NCBI GenBank assembly: GCA_964652255.1
Contig: CAZZBM010000001.1
Location: forward strand, 604,489 to 668,488
From: an uncultured bacterium
GTDB lineage: Bacteria > Bdellovibrionota > Bacteriovoracia > Bacteriovoracales > CAZZBM01
DNA: 64,000 bases
Direction of reading: 5' to 3'
A model generated the notes under the pieces. That model made no database searches. It saw nothing but the letters and a program-made list of their open reading frames with translations, and had not been told where the DNA came from. The position numbers and the translations under genes are program-made. Positions 39,337 to 47,795 of this stretch are shown here, piece by piece (within the stretch, counting starts at the first letter, position 1; every line of letters starts with the position of its first letter).

Positions 39337-39432
39337 ATGTTGAATTTAATTTTTTTACAATGTATCCCGGGTGATCATTGGGATGAGTATGGAGATGATG
39401 GAGATGATGGAGATGATGGAGATGATGCATAG
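39337..39432 (+). CDS. small acidic mini-protein 2 (31 aa): MLNLIFLQCIPGDHWDEYGDDGDDGDDGDDA
   Basis: Hand translation. ATG lies 7 nt after GGAGG (39325-39329). The SD sits just after the stop of ORF1. Confidence 0.55.
   Translation: MLNLIFLQCIPGDHWDEYGDDGDDGDDGDDA
39391..39426. repeat. perfect 9-nt tandem repeat (ggagatgat)x4 encoding (GDD)4
   Basis: Read directly from the sequence, within small ORF 2. Confidence 0.95.
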
Positions 39433-39461
39433 AAAATCTTTTTAAATAGTAGGAAATTTTT

Positions 39462-39563
39462 ATGTTAAATTTTTTTTTAATGATGTCTTTACTAAGTCTT
39501 GATTTTAAACTATTTCAGGAAGAAGATGATCTATCAGTGATGGAAGATGTTATAATAGGGTAA
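39462..39563 (+). CDS. small acidic mini-protein 3 (33 aa): MLNFFLMMSLLSLDFKLFQEEDDLSVMEDVIIG
   Basis: Hand translation. Weak SD: AGGA (39451-39454) 7 nt before the ATG. Confidence 0.4.
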   Translation: MLNFFLMMSLLSLDFKLFQEEDDLSVMEDVIIG

Positions 39564-39585
39564 TAAAAATAAAAGGAGTAAAAAT

Positions 39586-39750
39586 ATGTTGATATCTATT
39601 TTAATTAATTATTTAATGGCAATACCTGGTGGTCCAGATGATTATGATTTTGATCCGCAGGATACAGATGGGCATAGATTGTGTCCAGGTGGTCCAGATG
39701 ATAGAGGAGATGATGGTTTAGGAAATGGTCCTGGTAATACAGGAGTATAA
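39586..39750 (+). CDS. small acidic mini-protein 4 (54 aa): MLISILINYLMAIPGGPDDYDFDPQDTDGHRLCPGGPDDRGDDGLGNGPGNTGV
   Basis: Hand translation. AAGGAG (39573-39578) lies 7 nt before the ATG. Internal 15-nt perfect direct repeat ggtggtccagatgat at 39628 and 39688. Confidence 0.55.
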   Translation: MLISILINYLMAIPGGPDDYDFDPQDTDGHRLCPGGPDDRGDDGLGNGPGNTGV

Positions 39751-39760
39751 TAAAAGCGTG

Positions 39761-39795
39761 TTTTTTGGTTGAGTTTTTTAAGCTTGACCAAAAAA
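39761..39795. other. 13-bp stem-loop between small ORFs 4 and 5 (not terminator-shaped)
   Basis: ttttttggttgag (39761-39773) pairs with cttgaccaaaaaa (39783-39795) including two G-U pairs; 9-nt loop. The U-tract is 5' and the A-tract 3' on both strands. Confidence 0.5.
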
Positions 39796-39811
39796 TTTAA
39801 AAAGGTAAAAA

Positions 39812-40027
39812 ATGTTTGTTATATTGTTTTTAATGGCACAAGAAAGTCAACTTAGTGATACTGAAGGAGTGAAAGATTCTTTTGGTAGATTGATATTTTA
39901 TGGGGAAAATGGATCAGTATATGTGAAGGATCCAGATGATGAAAAAGGTACTGTTTATCCTCTTTTGGTTCCTGTAGATTATCATCCTAATAACGATATT
40001 GATTTTAAGGAAGAATTTTATTTTTAA
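39812..40027 (+). CDS. small acidic mini-protein 5 (71 aa)
   Basis: ORF track entry MFVILFLMAQESQLSD...KDPDDEKG...FKEEFYF. Same short hydrophobic N-terminus as ORFs 1-4; weak SD (AAAGGT). Confidence 0.5.
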   Translation: MFVILFLMAQESQLSDTEGVKDSFGRLIFYGENGSVYVKDPDDEKGTVYPLLVPVDYHPNNDIDFKEEFYF

Positions 40028-40191
40028 AAAAATTAAGATTAAGATTGATTTGAAAAAAGTCATAGTAAGATTTTAATAACCTTATTATTTTTTTATTAAA
40101 TCTAATAGTAATTATGTTAGATTTGAGATAGTAGAACTTGTAGATAAGTCACTAAATAAAATGACTAGGTAAAAATAAAAAAACTCTATGA

Positions 40192-41841
40192 CTAGAGATT
40201 AAATAACAACTTTTCTAAATCCATTTCAAAATTATTATGTATAAAGAGAGAAGGAACATGAGGAATATATTTAAATTCTTCTTTTTCTTGTAAGATTCTT
40301 TGCTCAGTTTCAGGGGAAGTTAAACAAGATTGAGTGTCTTTTAAAGAAAGTTTTTTTAAAAGTACATCCTCTTTTTCTTTAACAAGAGTAGGATCTTGAA
40401 AGAATTTGAGAACAGTTTCAGGAAAACAAGTTGTTATCTTTGAAAGATAAAGCTCTTGGCGATGAAGATTTTTAAAACTAATACTTTTATGCTTTTTTTT
40501 GAGTTTTGGATAAATTTCTTGAAAGAAAAATGGACACTGAGGACAATTAAAATCATAAAAGATCACTAAATCTTCTTTAAAATCACCTTGTAAGGTGATT
40601 GGTTTTTCTAAGTAAAGATCAAGAGGAGAAGAACCTAAGGCTTCATTTTTGACTTCTTCGTAAAGTTCATTTCTTTTTAAAGAAGTTACATAGTTTTCAG
40701 CTTGATGATAAGCTTCATTAGGTAAACTATATTGCTTCATAATCTCTCGAACTTCTTTTTCTGTTACTTGAAAAGTAGCTGAAGCTAGATAAGAATCTAA
40801 GGTTTTTTTTTCTTTTTTCTCTAAGTATTTTTGAGTTACAAGTTTAAAGAGTTCTTGTCTTAAAGATTTATAAACATCAAAATCAAAAGCATAGAAAAAA
40901 TACTGAAATTTTTTTAAATCTTTTTTTGATATTTTTAAGTCTTTATAAGAAGCTAAGAATTCTGAATTTTGTTGATAAATAAATCTAGGTTTTGAAAGAT
41001 AATCTTCAATTCTTTCTCCTAAGTCATAGATAGAGCCTAAATAAAGCTCATCATCGATAAAAATAGTAGGAGTTGTAAAAACTTTTAAAGCTCTTGTTTG
41101 AGCAATGAGATTTTTTAATTCTTGTTGTTTTTCTTTAAAACAAAGATTTTCATTAATATTGAATTTTTTAGCTAAAGCTTCAACAAAAATTTTTGGATTA
41201 GAAATTTGTTGTTGATTTTTAAAAACCTCTTCCTGAAATTCAAAATAACGATTTTTATCCTTGGCGCATAAGTGCAAGAGTTCAATAGGATGAAGTTGTT
41301 CATAAAAATAAGCACTTTGGGTTTGAAGAGTGATTTTGGAACCAAATCTTTTCTCTAAAAGAGGAAGCTCTGTTTTGATAAAATTTCCACAATGACCACA
41401 AGAATAATCTAAAAAAATAGTTACTTTTAAAGATCCAGAACCCTTGTTTTGATTTTTAATAAAAGAAAGATCTTTCTTTAGAGTTAAAGGAGGGTGCTTG
41501 TAAAAAATAACAGGATTTTTTCTAAAAAGTGTATTAAAATAAGCCTGAATAGCTAATTGTCTTTTACTAGGAGCTTCCTCTGTTTGAGCTGGAAAACGAT
41601 TTAAAAACTTCTCTTGCCCCCCTTCTGTGCTAATAATAAGACGTTCTATCTCATGAAGAAGTAACCTTTCTTTTTGCAACTCAGCTTCAATCTTTTTTTT
41701 AAGATAATCTTCTTGAAAAGAATAAAGATCCTTCCAAGTGAGAGTCAAATCACTTTGTTTTAATAAAAGTGAATCCTGAGGTTTATGTTCATGAACAATA
41801 ATTTTTTGAGCACAAGATATTAACAATAATAACAAAATCAT
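40192..41841 (-). CDS. lipoprotein with two DsbA/thioredoxin-like modules (internally duplicated)
   Basis: MILLLLLISC lipobox. Two CxxC sites (YSCGHCGNF and FNCPQCPFF), each preceded by a helical chaperone-like segment. ATGA overlap with the S8 gene. Confidence 0.65.
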   Translation of the reverse strand: MILLLLLISCAQKIIVHEHKPQDSLLLKQSDLTLTWKDLYSFQEDYLKKKIEAELQKERLLLHEIERLIISTEGGQEKFLNRFPAQTEEAPSKRQLAIQAYFNTLFRKNPVIFYKHPPLTLKKDLSFIKNQNKGSGSLKVTIFLDYSCGHCGNFIKTELPLLEKRFGSKITLQTQSAYFYEQLHPIELLHLCAKDKNRYFEFQEEVFKNQQQISNPKIFVEALAKKFNINENLCFKEKQQELKNLIAQTRALKVFTTPTIFIDDELYLGSIYDLGERIEDYLSKPRFIYQQNSEFLASYKDLKISKKDLKKFQYFFYAFDFDVYKSLRQELFKLVTQKYLEKKEKKTLDSYLASATFQVTEKEVREIMKQYSLPNEAYHQAENYVTSLKRNELYEEVKNEALGSSPLDLYLEKPITLQGDFKEDLVIFYDFNCPQCPFFFQEIYPKLKKKHKSISFKNLHRQELYLSKITTCFPETVLKFFQDPTLVKEKEDVLLKKLSLKDTQSCLTSPETEQRILQEKEEFKYIPHVPSLFIHNNFEMDLEKLLFNL

Positions 41842-42836
41842 AATTGAGCTAAATTTAACAAATATTCATTATAAATTCTACCTGATAAAGTGATTTCTCT
41901 AGAACTTCCTTTTAAAACCTTATCAATAAGTTGTAAGTAGTTGTCTTGAGGATAAAAATATTTTGCAATAGCCATAGCTCCTGTGACAAAAGGAGTTGCT
42001 TGACTTGTTCCTGTCATGTGACCATAACCAGAAAAGGGAAGAGTTGAGCGGATAGAATCTCCTGGAGCAGCAATATGGACATATTGAGAACTAAAATTAG
42101 AAGTTGGATGAAGCCTTTTTTCAGCAGTAATATTACCTACTTGAACAATGTTTTTTAGACCATAAGATCCAGGATAGTAAAAATAATTTGTTCCGATAGA
42201 TTGTCCATCATTGCCAGCAGCACTGACAAAAATAATATTACGACTAAGAGCTAATTCAATGGCAGCTCTTTCTTTAGGAGATGGATCTTTTCCACCAGCA
42301 GAGTAATTAATAATATGAACACCGTGCTGTATAGCAAGATTTATAGCTCTAATAGTAGAATCTAAAGTTGAAATATTATTGTTTTTTTGATTGGCATAGT
42401 ACTTATAAATAACAATTTTGATATCTGGATATTGTTTAATAAGCTCCGTAATAATTCCAGCAACATGACTACCATGACCAACATCATCAAAAGGAGTTTT
42501 TAAAATTAATTTCGAATCTTTGGTAAAATCATAGCCATAAAAGTTGGAAGTAGCAGGAATCAAATTATTATTATCATCAAAAACAAAGAGTTTATTTTTT
42601 AATAAAGGATGATTAGGATCAACTCCTGTATCAATAATACCTACAATAATAGGTTGATTGCTTTTTTTAGGAATTTTATTGTAATTAATAATCTCTAACC
42701 ACCAAGGAGTTGAAGAATCTCTTTGTGTAGATGGAGAAAATGCTGTTCTGGAGGCTGAATGAGCTTTTTTTTCAGTTACTCTTGTTTGAGCTAAATCTCT
42801 TTCACAAGAAAGGAGAAAAAATAATAATTTTTTCAA
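41838..42836 (-). CDS. subtilisin-like serine protease (S8), lipoprotein
   Basis: MKKLLFFLLSC lipobox. Catalytic triad motifs IIDTGVD, HGSHVAG, GTSQATPFVTG. Confidence 0.85.
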   Translation of the reverse strand: MKKLLFFLLSCERDLAQTRVTEKKAHSASRTAFSPSTQRDSSTPWWLEIINYNKIPKKSNQPIIVGIIDTGVDPNHPLLKNKLFVFDDNNNLIPATSNFYGYDFTKDSKLILKTPFDDVGHGSHVAGIITELIKQYPDIKIVIYKYYANQKNNNISTLDSTIRAINLAIQHGVHIINYSAGGKDPSPKERAAIELALSRNIIFVSAAGNDGQSIGTNYFYYPGSYGLKNIVQVGNITAEKRLHPTSNFSSQYVHIAAPGDSIRSTLPFSGYGHMTGTSQATPFVTGAMAIAKYFYPQDNYLQLIDKVLKGSSREITLSGRIYNEYLLNLAQL

Positions 42837-43201
42837 GCAAGACCTCCTTTTTTATAAAAGTTTTGTGCTCTTTCTTCCTCCTCTGCATGAAAAATACAAA
42901 GAGTAGCTAAAGGTTGATTCTGTAATCTTTTTTCTTCAATCATTTCACCACAAGACTCACAAATACCAAAGGTTCCTTTTTCTAATCTTTCTAAAGCAGC
43001 TCCTATATTTCTTAAACGCATTAGATCTCTCTGTTTCATGGAAAAAGAAAGTTCTTGCGCTAATGTACTAGAAGCAAAATCACTCTCATCAGCTAAATCG
43101 TCTTTAGTCACTTGAGCAATTTCTTGTTCATGGTTCAGAATTGAAGCTCTAAGTTCAAGTAGTTTTTTTCTAAAAAAATCCTTTTCTTTTTGATTTAACA
43201 T
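42833..43201 (-). CDS. dksA: DksA/TraR-family zinc-finger protein
   Basis: Coiled-coil tip DESDFA (DxxDxA). C-terminal CESCG...x17...CIFH zinc finger, with the fourth ligand His instead of Cys. Confidence 0.75.
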   Translation of the reverse strand: MLNQKEKDFFRKKLLELRASILNHEQEIAQVTKDDLADESDFASSTLAQELSFSMKQRDLMRLRNIGAALERLEKGTFGICESCGEMIEEKRLQNQPLATLCIFHAEEEERAQNFYKKGGLA

Positions 43202-43267
43202 AATTACTTTCCTCCTTGAAAGTCTAATCTATAGTGTAACTGATTTTAAAAAAAAACAAAGAATTTT

Positions 43268-44227
43268 TTAATTGCTATTTTTTTTTCTCTGATACTCATC
43301 TACATAAAAATTATGTTCGTGGTAATGAGTGGTAAAAATATGAGTCCCATCATTACGACTTACAAAAAAAAGATAAGAGTGCTGTTCTGGATTAAGAACT
43401 GCTTCAATAGATTTTAACCCCGGAGAACAAATAGGCCCAGGGGGAAGCCCTTGATGAACATAAGTATTATAGGGGTGAGGATCAAGAAGATGTTTTTTTC
43501 TGAGTCTTTCTTTGAGATTTGGTAAAAAACCATAGATCACTGTAGGGTCCGATTGAAATTTTATTTTTTTCTTTAAACGATTAAAAAAAACTCCAGCAAT
43601 TTTTCTGTGTTCTTCAAAACCTGTTTCTTTTTCAATCATGGAAGCTAAGGTGATAACCTCATGAAAAGATAAAAAAGAATGCTTTATAAACTTTGTTCTT
43701 AAAAAAAATTCATCAATAAAAATACTTAAAATCTCTTCTTCGGCTAATCCTAAAGGAATAAAATAAGTAGAAGGAAAAAGATAACCTTCTAAGCTAGGGG
43801 TTACATGAGAGTATTTGTGAACAAAATGAGGAGCTTTAGTGAGATAAATAAATTTTTCATAAGATCCTAAATTTGAATCAGCAAGAGATTTAGCTATGTC
43901 AAAAGTTGTAGATCCTTCTTTGATAGTGATTTTTTTCTTTAAAAAAAGACCTTCAGTAAACATCTCTTCTAAATTTATAAAAGAAGTTCCTGATGAAATC
44001 TTATAAAGACCTTGTTTGAAATTATTCATAGAATTTTTATATCTGGTATATCTGTAAAATAAACTTCTAGAGCGAATAATTTTAGATTGATAGAGACGTT
44101 CATTAATACTAGGAAAGGACTCTCCTTTTCTAATTTGAAAAACAACAGTTGGACCTAAATAGGGTTGAAAAAAATAAAAAGTAATTAACAAAAAAACAAA
44201 AAATAAAAAAAGAATAATTTTTTTCAC
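43268..44227 (-). CDS. mltG: endolytic murein transglycosylase
   Basis: YceG-like: N-terminal TM, LASMIEKET, DPTVIYG, YNTYVHQGLPPGPICSPG motifs. Confidence 0.85.
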   Translation of the reverse strand: MKKIILFLFFVFLLITFYFFQPYLGPTVVFQIRKGESFPSINERLYQSKIIRSRSLFYRYTRYKNSMNNFKQGLYKISSGTSFINLEEMFTEGLFLKKKITIKEGSTTFDIAKSLADSNLGSYEKFIYLTKAPHFVHKYSHVTPSLEGYLFPSTYFIPLGLAEEEILSIFIDEFFLRTKFIKHSFLSFHEVITLASMIEKETGFEEHRKIAGVFFNRLKKKIKFQSDPTVIYGFLPNLKERLRKKHLLDPHPYNTYVHQGLPPGPICSPGLKSIEAVLNPEQHSYLFFVSRNDGTHIFTTHYHEHNFYVDEYQRKKNSN

Positions 44228-44646
44228 AGGTTATGATCAATTATTTCAAAATTTTCCTTTAAAAGAAAGTCTCTTAAAATAATCATAGCAGAAAGACTAT
44301 GAAGAGAATTTTTTAAATAATCTTTTTTTTTTTTGTAAATCTTAGCTTCTTCACTACTAAGTCCCTCATCTTGTAAAAAAATAGGAATAGATAATTCTTT
44401 TTTTAATTCTTCATAAAATTTCAAGTAAAGCTCTGCTTGAATTGTTTTTTGACCTTCAAGTCCATAAGGAATTCCTAAAACAAAATGAGTAAAGCCTTCC
44501 TCTGAAATAATTCTTTTTAAAAATAAGATAAAATTTTTATCCACAAGACCCTCTTTATAAGGTTTTGGAAAATAGTCTAGAGAAGAGCAAAAACGAGCTA
44601 AACCATAATACTTGGACCCATAATCAAGGGCTAAAAAAGATTTCAT
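44224..44646 (-). CDS. ruvX: YqgF/RuvX-family putative pre-16S rRNA nuclease
   Basis: LALDYGSKYYGLA N-terminus; conserved ruvX-mltG pairing. Confidence 0.8.
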   Translation of the reverse strand: MKSFLALDYGSKYYGLARFCSSLDYFPKPYKEGLVDKNFILFLKRIISEEGFTHFVLGIPYGLEGQKTIQAELYLKFYEELKKELSIPIFLQDEGLSSEEAKIYKKKKDYLKNSLHSLSAMIILRDFLLKENFEIIDHNL

Positions 44647-44649
44647 ATC

Positions 44650-44679
44650 TTGACAAAAATGAGATATAGCCTATAGGAT
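44650..44679 (+). promoter_or_regulatory. candidate sigma70-type promoter upstream of rho
   Basis: TTGACA (44650-44655), 18-nt spacer, TAGGAT (44674-44679). About 50 nt upstream of the rho ATG. Confidence 0.3.
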
Positions 44680-44731
44680 AGGTGAAATCAATTATTGATA
44701 TAAAAATAATCCCTCATAATTTAGGAGTTTC

Positions 44732-45979
44732 ATGCATTTAAATCATTTAAGAGAAAAGAATATAGAAGAACTTATAGAAATGGCTGTTAAGCAAAGTATT
44801 GAAAATGCTAGTGCTTTAAAAAAACATGAATTAATTTTTGCTCTTCTTAATAAACACGCCAAAAATGATGAAGTCATTACAGGTGAAGGTGTCTTAGAAA
44901 TCTTAAGTGATGGCTTTGGATTCTTAAGATCTCCAGCTTACAACTATCTTCCTGGGGCTGATGATCTTTATGTTAGTCCTAATCAAATGAGAAAATTTGC
45001 CTTCAAAACAGGTGATACTGTTGTGGGAGAAATTAGACCTCCTAAAGAAGGAGAAAGATATTTTGCTCTTTCAAAAGTCACTACCATTAATGGAAAAAGT
45101 CCTGAAGAACATAAACAAACAGTTCTTTTTGATAACTTAACTCCACTTTACCCTGAAGAAAAAATTAATTTGGAATTTTTTCCAACAAATTATTCTACAA
45201 GAATCATTGATCTTTTTGTTCCACAAGGTTTTGGTCAGCGTTGTCTTATTGTAGCTCCACCTAAAGCTGGAAAAACCATGTTGCTTCAAAATATAGCCAA
45301 TGCTATTAGTGTCAATCATCCTGATGTAACACTCATTGTTCTTCTCATTGATGAAAGACCAGAAGAAGTTACTGATATGAAAAGAAGTGTAAAAGCTGAA
45401 GTGATTTCATCTACTTTTGACGAACCTCCTACAAGACACGTTCAAGTGGCTGAAATGGTCATTGAAAAATCTAAAAGATTAGTTGAGTCAGGTAAAAATG
45501 TTGTTATTTTATTAGATTCTATTACAAGATTAGCTAGAGCTTATAATACGGTCATTCCTCCTTCAGGAAAAATTTTATCTGGTGGGGTTGATTCTAATGC
45601 TTTGCATAAGCCAAAAAGATTTTTTGGTGCTGCTAGAAATATTGAGAATGGTGGGTCTTTAACTATAATTGCCACAGCCTTAATTGATACAGGATCAAGA
45701 ATGGATGAAGTCATCTTTGAAGAATTTAAAGGGACAGGAAATTCTGAAATTCAACTAGATAGAAAACTTATGGAAAAAAGAATCTTTCCGTGTTTGGATC
45801 TTAATAAATCTTCTACAAGAAAAGAAGAATTACTTTTAGATCAACAAAATCTTCAAAAAAGTTATGTTCTAAGAAAAGTTTTACAACCTATGAATACTAT
45901 TGATTCTATGGAATTTATTTTAGAAAGAATTAAAAAGACAAAGACAAATAAAGAATTTTTAGATTCAATGAATAAATAA
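44732..45979 (+). CDS. rho: transcription termination factor Rho
   Basis: N-terminal RNA-binding domain, Walker A PPKAGKT, conserved Q- and R-loop regions. Confidence 0.95.
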   Translation: MHLNHLREKNIEELIEMAVKQSIENASALKKHELIFALLNKHAKNDEVITGEGVLEILSDGFGFLRSPAYNYLPGADDLYVSPNQMRKFAFKTGDTVVGEIRPPKEGERYFALSKVTTINGKSPEEHKQTVLFDNLTPLYPEEKINLEFFPTNYSTRIIDLFVPQGFGQRCLIVAPPKAGKTMLLQNIANAISVNHPDVTLIVLLIDERPEEVTDMKRSVKAEVISSTFDEPPTRHVQVAEMVIEKSKRLVESGKNVVILLDSITRLARAYNTVIPPSGKILSGGVDSNALHKPKRFFGAARNIENGGSLTIIATALIDTGSRMDEVIFEEFKGTGNSEIQLDRKLMEKRIFPCLDLNKSSTRKEELLLDQQNLQKSYVLRKVLQPMNTIDSMEFILERIKKTKTNKEFLDSMNK

Positions 45980-45980
45980 A

Positions 45981-47045
45981 ATGTTTTCTAAATTAGAAGA
46001 AGTTTTTAAACATTATCAAAAATTAGAAGAACAATTACAAGATCCTTCTCTTTACAGTGATAATCTTTTGTTGAAAAAAATTTCACAGGAAAAAGCTTCT
46101 TTAGATGAACTTATTGAAATTTATCTTCTCTATAAAAAAAAAGAACAAGCTTTTACTGAAGCGAAAAAATCTTTAGAAGAAGAAAAAGAAGAAGAATTAA
46201 GATCTCTTTTCAAAGAAGAAATTAAAATCTTAGAACCAGAACTCTCTCTCTTAGAAGAAAAATTAAAACAACTTCTCATCCCCAAAGATCCTCTTGATCA
46301 AAAAGATATCTATCTAGAGATTAGAGCAGGAGCTGGTGGAGTTGAAGCCTCTCTTTTTGTTCAAGAAATAGCTAGAATGTATCAAAATTATATTAAGAAA
46401 AAAAATTATAAATTTGAATTAGTTTCCTTTAGTGAAGGAGAAGAAGGGCTAAGGGAAATTATTTTACATATTAAAGGCTTAGGAGCTTATGGTCTTTTAA
46501 GGTATGAATCGGGAGTTCACCGAGTTCAAAGAGTGCCAAAAACAGAAACGCAGGGTCGAATTCATACTTCTACTATTACCATTGCTGTTATGCCCGAAGC
46601 TGATGAAATTGATTTTAAATTGGATCTTAATGATGTCAGAATTGATGTTTACCGAGCTAGTGGCAATGGTGGACAATCAGTCAATACCACTGATTCTGCC
46701 GTGAGAGTGACACATATCCCTACGAATATTGTTGTTGCTATTCAAGATGAAAAATCTCAACTTAAAAATAAAGATAAAGCTCTAAAAATTTTAACTCAAA
46801 AAATTTATAATAATAAAATAGAAGAAGCTCGCTTAAAAGAAGCTAATGAAAGAAAAAATTTAGTAGGAACTGCAGACAGGTCTGAACGCATTAGAACTTA
46901 TAATTTTCCTCAAGGACGAGTGACTGATCATAGAATTAATCTTACTCTCTACTCTCTTGAATCTATCTTAGAAGGAGATTTAGATGAACTTACAAATGCT
47001 TTAATTTCCCATTATCAAGCTGAAAAATTACAACATTCAGAATGA
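45981..47045 (+). CDS. prfA: peptide chain release factor 1
   Basis: GGQSVNTT motif and P-K-T tripeptide region (RVPKTETQGRIHTS). Confidence 0.95.
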   Translation: MFSKLEEVFKHYQKLEEQLQDPSLYSDNLLLKKISQEKASLDELIEIYLLYKKKEQAFTEAKKSLEEEKEEELRSLFKEEIKILEPELSLLEEKLKQLLIPKDPLDQKDIYLEIRAGAGGVEASLFVQEIARMYQNYIKKKNYKFELVSFSEGEEGLREIILHIKGLGAYGLLRYESGVHRVQRVPKTETQGRIHTSTITIAVMPEADEIDFKLDLNDVRIDVYRASGNGGQSVNTTDSAVRVTHIPTNIVVAIQDEKSQLKNKDKALKILTQKIYNNKIEEARLKEANERKNLVGTADRSERIRTYNFPQGRVTDHRINLTLYSLESILEGDLDELTNALISHYQAEKLQHSE

Positions 47046-47749
47046 ACTTTTTTGATCATTTACAAGAATTAAGAACAAGACTTTTTTATTGCCTCATCTT
47101 CTTTTTTCTTATGTTTATTCTCTCTTCCTTCTTTATTGAATCCTTAATTCATTTTTTACTACAACCCACTCTTCTTTTTATTAAAAATCACGATCTCATC
47201 ACTCTTCATCTTCTAGATCAAGTTCTTATTTATTTTAAAATGAGTGCTGGATTTGCTTTTATCTTTTCTATCCCTTTTATTCTTTGGCAGCTTTTTTTAT
47301 TTGTGATTCCTGCTCTTTCAAAAAAAGAAAAATTTATTCTTTATGGTGCTACTATTTTATCTTCTTTTTTTTTTATTTTAGGATTATTTCTTGGTTTTTA
47401 TCTCATCCTTCCTCTTATGTTAAAAATTTTTCTCTCTTTTCAACTCTTTGAAGGAACTCATTTCTTTTCTCTCAAAGAACACCTCTTCCTCACTTTGAAA
47501 ATTCTTTTTTTATCAGGACTTCTTATGATCTCTCCTCTGATTCTTATAATTCTAGATTTTTTTAATGATTTTTTCTTAAATTTTATAAAAAAATATCATG
47601 GACCAATCATTATTGGTTTAGCTATTTTTTCAGCACTCATCACTCCTAGTGATCTTTTAAGTCTTCTTCTTCTTTGGATACCTTTAGTTCTCTTGTTTGA
47701 ATTTTCTATTTTTTTAATTACATTAAGAAGAAAATTTTTCCCTCGGTAA
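47042..47749 (+). CDS. tatC: twin-arginine translocase subunit TatC
   Basis: FDHLQELRTRL N-terminus; six TM segments. Confidence 0.8.
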   Translation: MNFFDHLQELRTRLFYCLIFFFLMFILSSFFIESLIHFLLQPTLLFIKNHDLITLHLLDQVLIYFKMSAGFAFIFSIPFILWQLFLFVIPALSKKEKFILYGATILSSFFFILGLFLGFYLILPLMLKIFLSFQLFEGTHFFSLKEHLFLTLKILFLSGLLMISPLILIILDFFNDFFLNFIKKYHGPIIIGLAIFSALITPSDLLSLLLLWIPLVLLFEFSIFLITLRRKFFPR

Positions 47750-47795
47750 AAAACTATCTTTTATTAATTTCTTAGAATCTTTCTAGAATTTTACT

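Noticed and set aside
39242-39430. 62-aa minus-strand ORF beginning MHHLHHLHHLHHLH (possible His-rich metal-binding protein)
   Set aside because: It is the antisense reading of the (GDD)4 repeat and of small ORFs 1 and 2. It has no SD, whereas the plus-strand ORFs have strong, well-spaced SD sites and form a paralogous series.
39761-39795. Stem-loop between small ORFs 4 and 5 as a rho-independent terminator
   Set aside because: The U-run is 5' of the stem and the A-run 3' on both strands, which is the opposite of terminator polarity. It is recorded only as a hairpin of unknown role.
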